Part shown: piece by piece, positions 1 through 7,487 of the stretch | Position numbering within the stretch: the first letter of the stretch is position 1 | Layout of the letters: every line of letters begins with the position of its first letter | Virus record (IMG/VR): IMGVR_UViG_3300033415_000074 | Span: 1 to 31,702 of that record | DNA: 31,702 bases | Direction: 5' to 3' (one strand) | Source of the DNA: a virus | Lineage: Duplodnaviria; Caudoviricetes | The notes under the pieces: model-generated | Seen by the model: the letters and a program-made list of their open reading frames with translations, nothing else | What the model was told of the DNA's origin: nothing | The model's database searches: none | Position numbers and translations under genes: made by a program

Positions 1-179
1 ATGTTTTTATTGCAAAAAGAAAGAAGAAATTGTTGTCGCGTCGAACGACTTACGAGGCTTTTCCCGTAGTACTAAACCCATCCCAATATTCAATCCGCAT
101 TACGCGTCAAGCGGCTCAATAGCTTGTCTTCACCTGATTTTATCTTCTTTCACTATATGCCATGTTTTTATTGCAAAAA
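1..179 (-). repeat. 18-bp direct repeat ATGTTTTTATTGCAAAAA at 1-18 and 162-179; putative phage-specific leftward promoter motif
   Basis: Exact copies are visible. On the minus strand the second copy reads TTTTTGCAATAAAAACATGGCA-TATAGT, with a -10-like hexamer at 152-157. The first copy is cut by the window edge. Confidence 0.6.
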
Positions 180-232
180 ATTAGAGGATATGTTTATTTT
201 GTATTTCCAGATTTCCAATCCGTGGAAATTTT

Positions 233-268
233 AAGAAAAGAAGGGTAAGAGCTTTTCAGCCCTTACCC
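233..268 (-). terminator. Rho-independent terminator ending the late operon
   Basis: Minus-strand hairpin GGGTAAGGGC-TGAAAA-GCTCTTACCC followed by TTCTTTTCTT, 5 nt after the holin stop. Confidence 0.85.
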
Positions 269-273
269 CAATT

Positions 274-483
274 CTACGGTTCGAGCGGTGTATTAGCACC
301 AAAACCCTGTGGATTATATGGATTATTAGCTGCACCCAACGTCGTGATCACTGCAAGTATTGCCTGCCCAATCACATTCACGAGGGTCACGTTCTCTGCA
401 GACACCAACAGGACTAGAATACCCATAAGGTTCGTCACGACAACCACCCAAAAAGGAATACTTTTCCAAAACGCTTGTTTCAA
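274..483 (-). CDS. Phage holin (small, 2 TM helices)
   Basis: 69 aa, TTG start with GGAGG RBS at 492-496, two hydrophobic segments, C-terminal GAANNP motif reminiscent of Bacillota phage holins, last gene before the terminator. Confidence 0.75.
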   Translation of the reverse strand: MKQAFWKSIPFWVVVVTNLMGILVLLVSAENVTLVNVIGQAILAVITTLGAANNPYNPQGFGANTPLEP

Positions 484-659
484 TTGTTTTTCCTCCTATT
501 TATTATTTATTGACTTCGTAAAATGGCACAATTACGATTTACCGGCTTTTGCTTTTACCGTTGCTTTGTTCGCGACGATTGTGTCAAGGCAGGCTGATAT
601 CTGCGCTTTGGTCATCGTCTGGACTTGATATCATTCCAAATTTATACATTGTTGCCTAC

Positions 660-2828
660 TTATAAAATCTTCTTAATTAAAATTACGGAATTTGCAATAC
701 CATTTGCCCTTGCAATACCTATATTGGTAAAGTAACTAAGAAATGGTGTTATTCCATTAGCCCATTTATTAGTTCTAAGTGTTAGCATCCCGTATATAGT
801 GATAAAGGGTGATGTGACATGTGCTACTGAGAGGTATACACCGTCTGTACTAAAGGCACAACCACGCCCACTACCTGTTGGGAGTGTTGTGGGGTTGGTC
901 AACTTGGTGAACACATCACCACTTCTCTTGTATATAGTGATAAATGGTGTTATGTCATGTGCTACTGAGAGGTATACACCGTCTGTACTAAAGGCACAGC
1001 CATACCCATCACCTGTTGGGAGTGTTGTGGGGTTGGTCAACTTGGTGAACACATCATCACTTCTCTTGTATATAGTGATAAAGGGTGATGCGTCATGAGC
1101 TACTGAGAGGTACACGCCGTCTGTACTAAAGGCACAACCACGCCCAGTACCGGTGGGGAGTGTTGTGGGATCTGTCAACTTGGTAAACACATCACCACTT
1201 CTCTTGTATATAGTGATATAGGGTGATGTGGCATGTGCTACTGATAGGTATACACCGTCTGGACTAAAAGCACAGCCATACCCGTCATCTGTTGGGAGTG
1301 TTGTGGGGTTGGTCAACTTGGTGAACACATCACCACTTCTCTTGTATATAGTGATAAATGGTGATGTGGCATGTGCTACTGATAGGTAAACACCGTCTGG
1401 ACTAAAAGCACAGACACGCCCAGCACCTGTTGGTAGTGTTGTGGGGTTGGTCAACTTGGTGAACACATCACCACTTCTCTTGTATATAGTGATATAGGGT
1501 GATGTGCCAAGTGCTACTGATAGGTAAACACCGTCTGGACTAAAAGCACAGACACGCCCAGCACCTGTTGGTAGTGTTGTGGGATCTGTCAACTTGGTGA
1601 ACACATCATCACTTCTCTTGTATATAGTGATAAAGGGTGATGCGTCATGAGCTACTGAGAGGTACACGCCGTCTGGACTAAAAGCACAGCCACGCCCAGT
1701 ACTCACTGGGAGTGTTGTGGGATCTGTGTGTTTCCCCATCACAAATAACTCAGATTTGTATATAGTGATAAATGGTGATGTGACATGTGCTACTGAGAGG
1801 TAAACACCATCAGCACTGAATGCACAGCCACGCCCAGTACTCACTGGGAGTGTTGTGGGATCTGTCAACTTGGTAAACACATCACCACTTCTCTTGTATA
1901 TAGTGATATAGGGCGATGTGACATGAGCCACTGAGAGGTATACACTGTCTGTACTAAAATCACATCCACGCCCATTACCTGTTGGGAGTGTTGTGGGATC
2001 TGTCAACTTAGTAAATACGTCTCCACTTCTTTTGTAGATGGTGATGAACGGTGTTGTGTCGTGTGCTACTGAGAAATATACGCCGTCTGGACTAAAGGCA
2101 CCGCCATACCCAAGACCTGTTGGGAGTGTTGTGGGATCTGTCAACTTGGTGAACACATCACCACTTCTCTTGTATATAGTGATAAAGGGTGATGCGTCAT
2201 GAGCTACTGAGAGGTACACGCCGTCTGGACTAAAAGCACAGCCATACCCAATACCTGTTGGCAGTGTTGTGGGATCTGTCAACTTGGTGAACACATCACC
2301 ACTTCTCTTGTATATAGTGATATAGGGGGATGTGTCATGTGCTACTGATAGGTAAACACCATCAGCACTGAATGCACAGCCATACCCAATACCTGTTGGC
2401 AGTGTTGTGGGATCTGTCAACTTGGTGAACACATCACCACTTCTCTTGTATATAGTGATATAGGGTGATGTGCCATGTGCTACTGAGAGATATACACCGT
2501 CTGTACTAAAGGCACAGCCAAGCCCATTGCCTGTTGGGAGTGTTGTGGGATCTGTCAACTTGGTAAACACATCACCACTTCTCTTGTATATAGTGATATA
2601 GGGTGATGTGCCATGTGCTACTGAGAGATATACACCGTCTGTACTAAAGGCACAGCCATACCCATTGCCTGTTGGGAGTGTTGTGGGATCTGTGAGCTTT
2701 TCCTTACCATCTATTGCACTATTTTTTCCAACTACTTCACCCTTGTATGTTATATGTAGGATTTCTTCGTTTACATTTATAGAACCTATTATTTTTAATT
2801 CGCCCCCACCGATATTTACTCTCCCCAT
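660..2828 (-). CDS. Double 7-bladed beta-propeller protein (14 x 46-aa repeats), putative virion adhesin/decoration
   Basis: GGAGGTG RBS; 14 near-identical WD40/YVTN-like blades LTDPTTLPTGxGxGCAFSxDGVYLSVAHxxSPYITIYKRSGDVFTK; divergent linker KSELFVMGKH exactly after blade 7. Confidence 0.85.
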   Translation of the reverse strand: MGRVNIGGGELKIIGSINVNEEILHITYKGEVVGKNSAIDGKEKLTDPTTLPTGNGYGCAFSTDGVYLSVAHGTSPYITIYKRSGDVFTKLTDPTTLPTGNGLGCAFSTDGVYLSVAHGTSPYITIYKRSGDVFTKLTDPTTLPTGIGYGCAFSADGVYLSVAHDTSPYITIYKRSGDVFTKLTDPTTLPTGIGYGCAFSPDGVYLSVAHDASPFITIYKRSGDVFTKLTDPTTLPTGLGYGGAFSPDGVYFSVAHDTTPFITIYKRSGDVFTKLTDPTTLPTGNGRGCDFSTDSVYLSVAHVTSPYITIYKRSGDVFTKLTDPTTLPVSTGRGCAFSADGVYLSVAHVTSPFITIYKSELFVMGKHTDPTTLPVSTGRGCAFSPDGVYLSVAHDASPFITIYKRSDDVFTKLTDPTTLPTGAGRVCAFSPDGVYLSVALGTSPYITIYKRSGDVFTKLTNPTTLPTGAGRVCAFSPDGVYLSVAHATSPFITIYKRSGDVFTKLTNPTTLPTDDGYGCAFSPDGVYLSVAHATSPYITIYKRSGDVFTKLTDPTTLPTGTGRGCAFSTDGVYLSVAHDASPFITIYKRSDDVFTKLTNPTTLPTGDGYGCAFSTDGVYLSVAHDITPFITIYKRSGDVFTKLTNPTTLPTGSGRGCAFSTDGVYLSVAHVTSPFITIYGMLTLRTNKWANGITPFLSYFTNIGIARANGIANSVILIKKIL
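792..2696 (-). repeat. Coding tandem repeat, 14 x 138 bp
   Basis: Period read directly from the DNA (e.g. tatatagtga at 931 and 1069); the units are highly identical. Confidence 0.95.
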
Positions 2829-2872
2829 CTTAAAGCACCTCCATATTGTGTATTTTCCGTTAAATAATACAT

Positions 2873-3205
2873 TTATTTCACCACCTTATATCTGATGGGA
2901 ATATTGACAGTTGGAGCAATATTTGCGAAGAATGTTATTCCACCATTATATTCTTCAACTGTTGGGTTTAATTCCATTTCTTGTGCTACATCCTGATAAT
3001 CCTTATCGACTGTCACATCGACCCAATTATCAACTGTAACATCTGTTATCAGTAGATCATATTTTAATGTATTCTCCCCAGTGTTTGCTACCCACCCTGT
3101 AGTAGGAAGCGTACTGACCCCTTTTGTAATCATTTGTGCCAATTGTGTATTCGCCATTTGAGCTTCACCTAATGCTGATAAAATTAAACTGTCTAAATCA
3201 CCCAT
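2873..3205 (-). CDS. Small tail-fibre-associated beta-domain protein (110 aa)
   Basis: Start revised to ATG 3205 (GGAGGTG RBS, TAATG overlap with the upstream gene). The TLPTTGW...GGITFFANIAPTVNIPI pattern resembles small domains of siphophage fibre proteins. Confidence 0.55.
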   Translation of the reverse strand: MGDLDSLILSALGEAQMANTQLAQMITKGVSTLPTTGWVANTGENTLKYDLLITDVTVDNWVDVTVDKDYQDVAQEMELNPTVEEYNGGITFFANIAPTVNIPIRYKVVK

Positions 3206-3444
3206 TAGACACCTCCGTTTAATTCGGCCAATCTTGACCAATTTACATCGGCCTGAACAAACCTGTATACACCAATAATCTCACTCCAATCAGATCTATA
3301 CATTTCAAGAGTAGATCCTAGCTGTATTGGCTTATCATCCATTTCGATTAAGTCTTCAATATCACCATCACCGGCTGCAACTGCAATATGGCATCTGTTC
3401 TCATCTGTTGTTAGATCTATTTTCCGTATAACTACTGGCCTCAT
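3205..3444 (-). CDS. Hypothetical phage protein (79 aa)
   Basis: AAGGAG RBS and stop overlapping the next start codon; no family recognised. Confidence 0.7.
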   Translation of the reverse strand: MRPVVIRKIDLTTDENRCHIAVAAGDGDIEDLIEMDDKPIQLGSTLEMYRSDWSEIIGVYRFVQADVNWSRLAELNGGV

Positions 3445-3550
3445 TTTGTTTCTCCTTTTTGTTTATTTTATCAATACACTCATGACATACAAACGTCCCC
3501 TCGGGAACAGGCATACCACATGCGATGCAAGTATCTTATCCTTCAAACAT
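3401..3550 (-). pseudogene. Small CxxC...CxxC zinc-ribbon gene with an in-frame TAA at codon 5
   Basis: GGAG RBS at 3559-3562 and ATG 3550 read MFEG*DTCIACGMPVPEGTFVCHECIDKINKKEKQNEASSYTENRSNNR; TAA at 3536-3538. Not in the ORF track. Confidence 0.65.
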
Positions 3551-3561
3551 ATGATAATCTC

Positions 3562-4068
3562 CTATTTAAATATAAAAAATGCTACAGCCGTTGTAACAAT
3601 TGATAATAGGACACTTCCAAACCCAACAAGAAGCCATTTAATTAGAGCTTTTTGGTTTGCGAAGGCCTGTTCGGCAGGTTCTTTTTTATGTTGCTCGAAC
3701 TCTTCTTTTTGTTTTCTAAGTAAATTCATAAAAGCATCCTGCCCCTTTTTTTGTTCTTCATTAGAACGTTCTATTTTATCATATAATTTTAAGACTGTAT
3801 CTTTGGTTTCCATATTATCTTTAATACTCGCAATATCCGCCTCATGTCGGTCACTAGCTTTGGCTACATAACTAACCTCTTTAGTTAAAGCAGCGACTCC
3901 ACTAACAAGATCGGCTATATTCTTGTTACTAGAGCGCATTTCGATCGTGAAATCTTTGATTAAATCGACAAGACTATTTATTCGTTGATGCGCAGACCCA
4001 GTGCTTTGTTCTGTTTCAGTGATTCTCCGCTCATGCTCTCTTATCATTTCTGGATTACATTCATCCAT
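3562..4068 (-). CDS. Hemolysin XhlA-family lysis-associated protein (coiled coil plus C-terminal TM helix)
   Basis: Start revised to ATG 4068 (GGAGGT RBS at 4073-4078); EHERRITETEQSTGSAHQRIN resembles XhlA-like N-termini; C-terminal hydrophobic helix; directly after the endolysin. Confidence 0.7.
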   Translation of the reverse strand: MDECNPEMIREHERRITETEQSTGSAHQRINSLVDLIKDFTIEMRSSNKNIADLVSGVAALTKEVSYVAKASDRHEADIASIKDNMETKDTVLKLYDKIERSNEEQKKGQDAFMNLLRKQKEEFEQHKKEPAEQAFANQKALIKWLLVGFGSVLLSIVTTAVAFFIFK

Positions 4069-4100
4069 TTCTACCTCCAAAGATATTTTTATATTCCTCA

Positions 4101-5141
4101 TCAGAAGAACTTGCTTCGGTCCCCTTTGTAGTTTGCCGACTCGAGGAGCACCACGTGCCACCACTCAAGCTGTGTCGGAGCATCGATCTTGTTCATTGTG
4201 AAGGCTATACCGTACTTATTACAAGATTGATTATTTCGCCCGAATGGTAGGATGTTCTTCTTGACAAAATAGCGTATACCGGGGCCCTGGAGGTCAATTG
4301 CTCCTGCAAACTCGTGCCAGGACTTACCTGGAGGAGCCGCTGGATTAGCCTTCGGTGCCACAGGATACTTTTTTGGATCCGCCTTATAATTCTTATACGC
4401 GATCCACTTGTCGTAAAGTCTCTTCTGGTCGGCAGTAGCTCGATAGCCAAAGCAGCCAGATGCCTTTAGATTGTTGGCACGAAGCCATGCCGCCACTCGC
4501 CCTTGGAGAACCTTATTAACGTTCCCATTTGCCAGCGGCGGCGCGAACTTCAAATATGTCATAACATTTGGCTCCATCGGATAAGTCTTGAGTTTCTCAG
4601 CCAAAGGTTCTGAAATATAAGGCACTTTTGCAATATAAAGAATGGAACTAAGAATAGCGTTCGTCAAATCTGAGATGTGGCTAACAATCCATGCTGCATC
4701 TTCGGGATTATCATGAAAAGCAATTTCTATAAGTACTGCCGGAGCATGAACCGATCTAACCTCTGCCATTGTCCCAGCTTTAACTCCTCTATCTACTGTA
4801 GGAGTCAACGCCGAAACTTTCTCATACAAGAACCATGCCAACTTTGTTGAGATTGACGTAGTGCTATTAGGATCATAACAAAACACCTCGCAACCACGTG
4901 CCTTACCGTTCAATGCGTTTGAGTGAATAGCCAGATGTATGTCAGGTTTGTATGTGTTTGATTCTAGAACGTGTCCTGCATAAGTATTTGATTTCTTATT
5001 ACGCATGAACTCAATAGAAGGAGAATATGCTTTTAGCTTCTCACAGAGAGAATCTGCGATTAGGTTCATGACAGCCTCTTCATTGGTCCTATTTGCATAT
5101 AGATTAGCTTCTTGACTAGATGGCGAAATATAAAATTTCAT
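4101..5141 (-). CDS. Endolysin: N-acetylmuramoyl-L-alanine amidase (Amidase_3) plus C-terminal M15 (VanY-like) Zn peptidase
   Basis: Amidase_3 motifs (NEEAVM, LAIHSNA, PAVLIEIAFHDN); M15 motifs GYR..DQKRLY, AAPPGKSWHEFAGAID, EWWH; GGAGG RBS. Confidence 0.9.
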   Translation of the reverse strand: MKFYISPSSQEANLYANRTNEEAVMNLIADSLCEKLKAYSPSIEFMRNKKSNTYAGHVLESNTYKPDIHLAIHSNALNGKARGCEVFCYDPNSTTSISTKLAWFLYEKVSALTPTVDRGVKAGTMAEVRSVHAPAVLIEIAFHDNPEDAAWIVSHISDLTNAILSSILYIAKVPYISEPLAEKLKTYPMEPNVMTYLKFAPPLANGNVNKVLQGRVAAWLRANNLKASGCFGYRATADQKRLYDKWIAYKNYKADPKKYPVAPKANPAAPPGKSWHEFAGAIDLQGPGIRYFVKKNILPFGRNNQSCNKYGIAFTMNKIDAPTQLEWWHVVLLESANYKGDRSKFF

Positions 5142-5216
5142 CTATCCTCCTATATGATGTTGCGCGACTGTTTCAGAGTTGTCGTTAGTGTTTGGAGACA
5201 TGTTCTCTATTTCCAT
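5142..5216 (-). CDS. Putative 24-aa mini-ORF in frame with the endolysin
   Basis: TAAGGAGG RBS; MEIENMSPNTNDNSETVAQHHIGG ends in TAG immediately before the endolysin ATG. Confidence 0.35.
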   Translation of the reverse strand: MEIENMSPNTNDNSETVAQHHIGG

Positions 5217-5228
5217 TTTGAATCCTCC

Positions 5229-5405
5229 TTAAATCTCTTCTTGGACTTCTTCGGTTAACAAGTCCTCGGCAGGTTGTTCAATGACTTCTGTTCCATGTTC
5301 GGCTGAATTGAACTGACCCCCACACTTCGGACATGCCACGGTCGGCATGATTGTGGCAAACCCGAAAACCTGTCCACAGGCGCATCTGACTTCTCCTTGA
5401 AGCAT
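5229..5405 (-). CDS. Small zinc-ribbon protein (58 aa, CxC...CxxC, acidic tail)
   Basis: AAAGGAGG RBS; MLQGEVRCACGQVFGFATIMPTVACPKCGGQFNSAEHGTEVIEQPAEDLLTEEVQEEI. Absent from the ORF track, and replaces the RBS-less 5255..5443 ORF. Confidence 0.75.
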   Translation of the reverse strand: MLQGEVRCACGQVFGFATIMPTVACPKCGGQFNSAEHGTEVIEQPAEDLLTEEVQEEI

Positions 5406-5415
5406 AGTTCCTCCT

Positions 5416-7479
5416 TTACGGTATCCCGAATTGAATCGTGCATTGCAGGTCTATGACTCTTTGGTCGGTCTTGTGTATCCCGTCTACTGTGTAATCTGCT
5501 GTGATGACCACATTGTTTGCAGGTGCTGTGTCGAATGTGATGGCGGTGTATTTGAGGGATAGATCATATGTAATGATGTATGGAGTGGTGTAGTGTGCTA
5601 CCGCAAGAATCAAACCATCCGAAGAAAATGTGCAACCGTTTCCAATGTCTGTTGGTAATATAGCAGGGTTTGCACGTTTAACCCATGCGCCACCTGTCCA
5701 ATCGTATATTGTGATGTATGGACTTGTGCTGTGTGCTACTGCAAGAATCAAACCGTCTGGTGTAATGTCGCAACCGTTTCCAGTGCCTATTGGTAATATA
5801 GCAGGGTTTGTTCTCTTAACCCAAGCGCCACCCGTCCAATCGTATATTGTGATGGATGGACTTGTGGTGTGTGCTACCGCAAGAATCAAACCATCCGAAG
5901 ACAATGCGCAACCGTATGCAGTGCCTGTTGGTAATACAGCAGGGTTTGCACGTTTAACCCATGCGCCGCCTGTCCAATCGTATATACTGATGTATGGAGT
6001 GGTGTAGTGTGCTACTGCAAGAACCAAACCATCCGAAGACAATGCGCAATCGTATGCAGTGCCTATTGGTAATACAGCAGGGTTTGCACGTTTAACCCAT
6101 GCGCCGCCTGTCCAATCGTATGTAGTGATGTATGGAGTGCTGTAGTGTGCTACCGCAAGAATCAAACCATCCGAAGACAATGTGCAACCGTATGCAATGC
6201 CTGTTGGTAATACAGCAGGATCTGTTCTCTTAACCCATGCGCCGCCTGTCCAATCGTATGTTGTGATATATGGAGCGATGTAGTGTGCTACCGCAAGAAT
6301 CAAACCATCCGAAGACAATGTGCAATCGTTTCCAATGTCTGTTGGTAATATAGCAGGGTTTGCACGTTTAACCCATGAGCCACCTGTCCAATCGTATATA
6401 ATGATGTATGGAGTTATGCTGTGTGCTACCGCAAGAACCAAACCGTCTGGTGTAATGTCGCATCCGCGTCCAGTGGACCCAGGCAGTGTAGTAGGATATG
6501 CAATCACATAACCAGGCACAAGTCCTGTATTTGCGTTGGTTTCTTCTTTTGTAAACGCGGTGGTTGCCACGCCATCTTTCTTCATCACCACGGTAGACTG
6601 TCGTATACTTCGTGATGGCAAAATGAATCTTCGGGTAGTACCATCCCCAACACCAACAGAAACATCGGCCAATTCCAATCCAGAATACCCGGCATATGGC
6701 AAAACAACACGAGCAATACCGGCTGTGTTAGATGCACCGACCCCAAACTCTCGGATATGGCCGTTCCCGTTTGAAACAGACAACCTTGCCACGGCACTGG
6801 ATGTGCGCTTGTTCGCCACATCTGCTGTCCATGTACCGGCTGTAATGGAACCAATAGCATTACGGGCGACAATAGTATTTACTGACTCGCTTCCTTCTAT
6901 TGCAGATTCGCCTGCGTAAAACGATTGGTTACTAAATGTGGCTCCGCCAATCAAATAATTTATAAGCGGGTTATTTGATGGTAGGCTACATATTGAAATG
7001 TCTGTACCCGTAGACAGCGTTACGAACACCGTGGCATAAATCATAACAACGTCTGTTGCGGTCTTGAGCAATGTGGTCGGGTTTCCAACCTCGTCCTCCA
7101 ACATGGCGTGAGTGACAAGGTTTGTTGATAATGCGCCATATGCGATGCCAACCTCGGACAATATTGATCCAACATATTCTTCTGGCTCCAATCGGATTGA
7201 TCGTTTCCAAGAGGACGTTGGCAATGCCTTCACCAACTCCACATCGGTTGCGACCTTTGTCCCCAAATAAGTGAACAGTGCGGTGTCACCGATTGCCGGT
7301 GTACCAGAACCCGTCCCGAAAAGAATATTCACGAAATATACTGACCGTGCTGTCAACCTTGTCCACATCGTCGTGCAGACAATATTGAAAGCCCTTGCAG
7401 TCTGTTTCAGTTCTCCGGTGATACTATCTCTGACCTCGATGTCGAATCTGTTGTGGATTGACGCTCCTACATTGATCAT
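5416..7479 (-). CDS. Tail fibre / receptor-binding protein with an inserted 7-bladed beta-propeller
   Basis: Start revised to ATG 7479 (GGAGG RBS at 7484-7488); fibre-like N-terminus (FGTGSGTPAIGDTALF, LSEVGIA); seven 46-aa blades; follows Tal and the other tail genes. Confidence 0.8.
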   Translation of the reverse strand: MINVGASIHNRFDIEVRDSITGELKQTARAFNIVCTTMWTRLTARSVYFVNILFGTGSGTPAIGDTALFTYLGTKVATDVELVKALPTSSWKRSIRLEPEEYVGSILSEVGIAYGALSTNLVTHAMLEDEVGNPTTLLKTATDVVMIYATVFVTLSTGTDISICSLPSNNPLINYLIGGATFSNQSFYAGESAIEGSESVNTIVARNAIGSITAGTWTADVANKRTSSAVARLSVSNGNGHIREFGVGASNTAGIARVVLPYAGYSGLELADVSVGVGDGTTRRFILPSRSIRQSTVVMKKDGVATTAFTKEETNANTGLVPGYVIAYPTTLPGSTGRGCDITPDGLVLAVAHSITPYIIIYDWTGGSWVKRANPAILPTDIGNDCTLSSDGLILAVAHYIAPYITTYDWTGGAWVKRTDPAVLPTGIAYGCTLSSDGLILAVAHYSTPYITTYDWTGGAWVKRANPAVLPIGTAYDCALSSDGLVLAVAHYTTPYISIYDWTGGAWVKRANPAVLPTGTAYGCALSSDGLILAVAHTTSPSITIYDWTGGAWVKRTNPAILPIGTGNGCDITPDGLILAVAHSTSPYITIYDWTGGAWVKRANPAILPTDIGNGCTFSSDGLILAVAHYTTPYIITYDLSLKYTAITFDTAPANNVVITADYTVDGIHKTDQRVIDLQCTIQFGIP
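5563..6495 (-). repeat. Coding tandem repeat, 7 x 138 bp
   Basis: Seven copies of PAxLPxGxxxGCxLSSDGLILAVAHxxxPYITIYDWTGGAWVKRAN; the last is truncated after YD. Confidence 0.95.
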
Positions 7480-7487
7480 ATATCCTC

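Noticed and set aside
533-616. Short minus-strand ORF MTKAQISACLDTIVANKATVKAKAGKS
   Set aside because: No RBS and only 27 aa; may be a remnant of a displaced gene but cannot be supported.
792-2696. Regular repeats as a CRISPR array
   Set aside because: The units are contiguous 138-bp in-frame coding repeats with no unique spacers, and there are no cas genes.
5255-5443. 62-aa ORF from the track
   Set aside because: No RBS; the overlapping frame 5229..5405 has a strong RBS and a Zn-ribbon motif.
660-7479. A complete diversity-generating retroelement
   Set aside because: No reverse transcriptase, Avd or non-coding template repeat is visible in the window; kept only as a hypothesis for the codon pattern.
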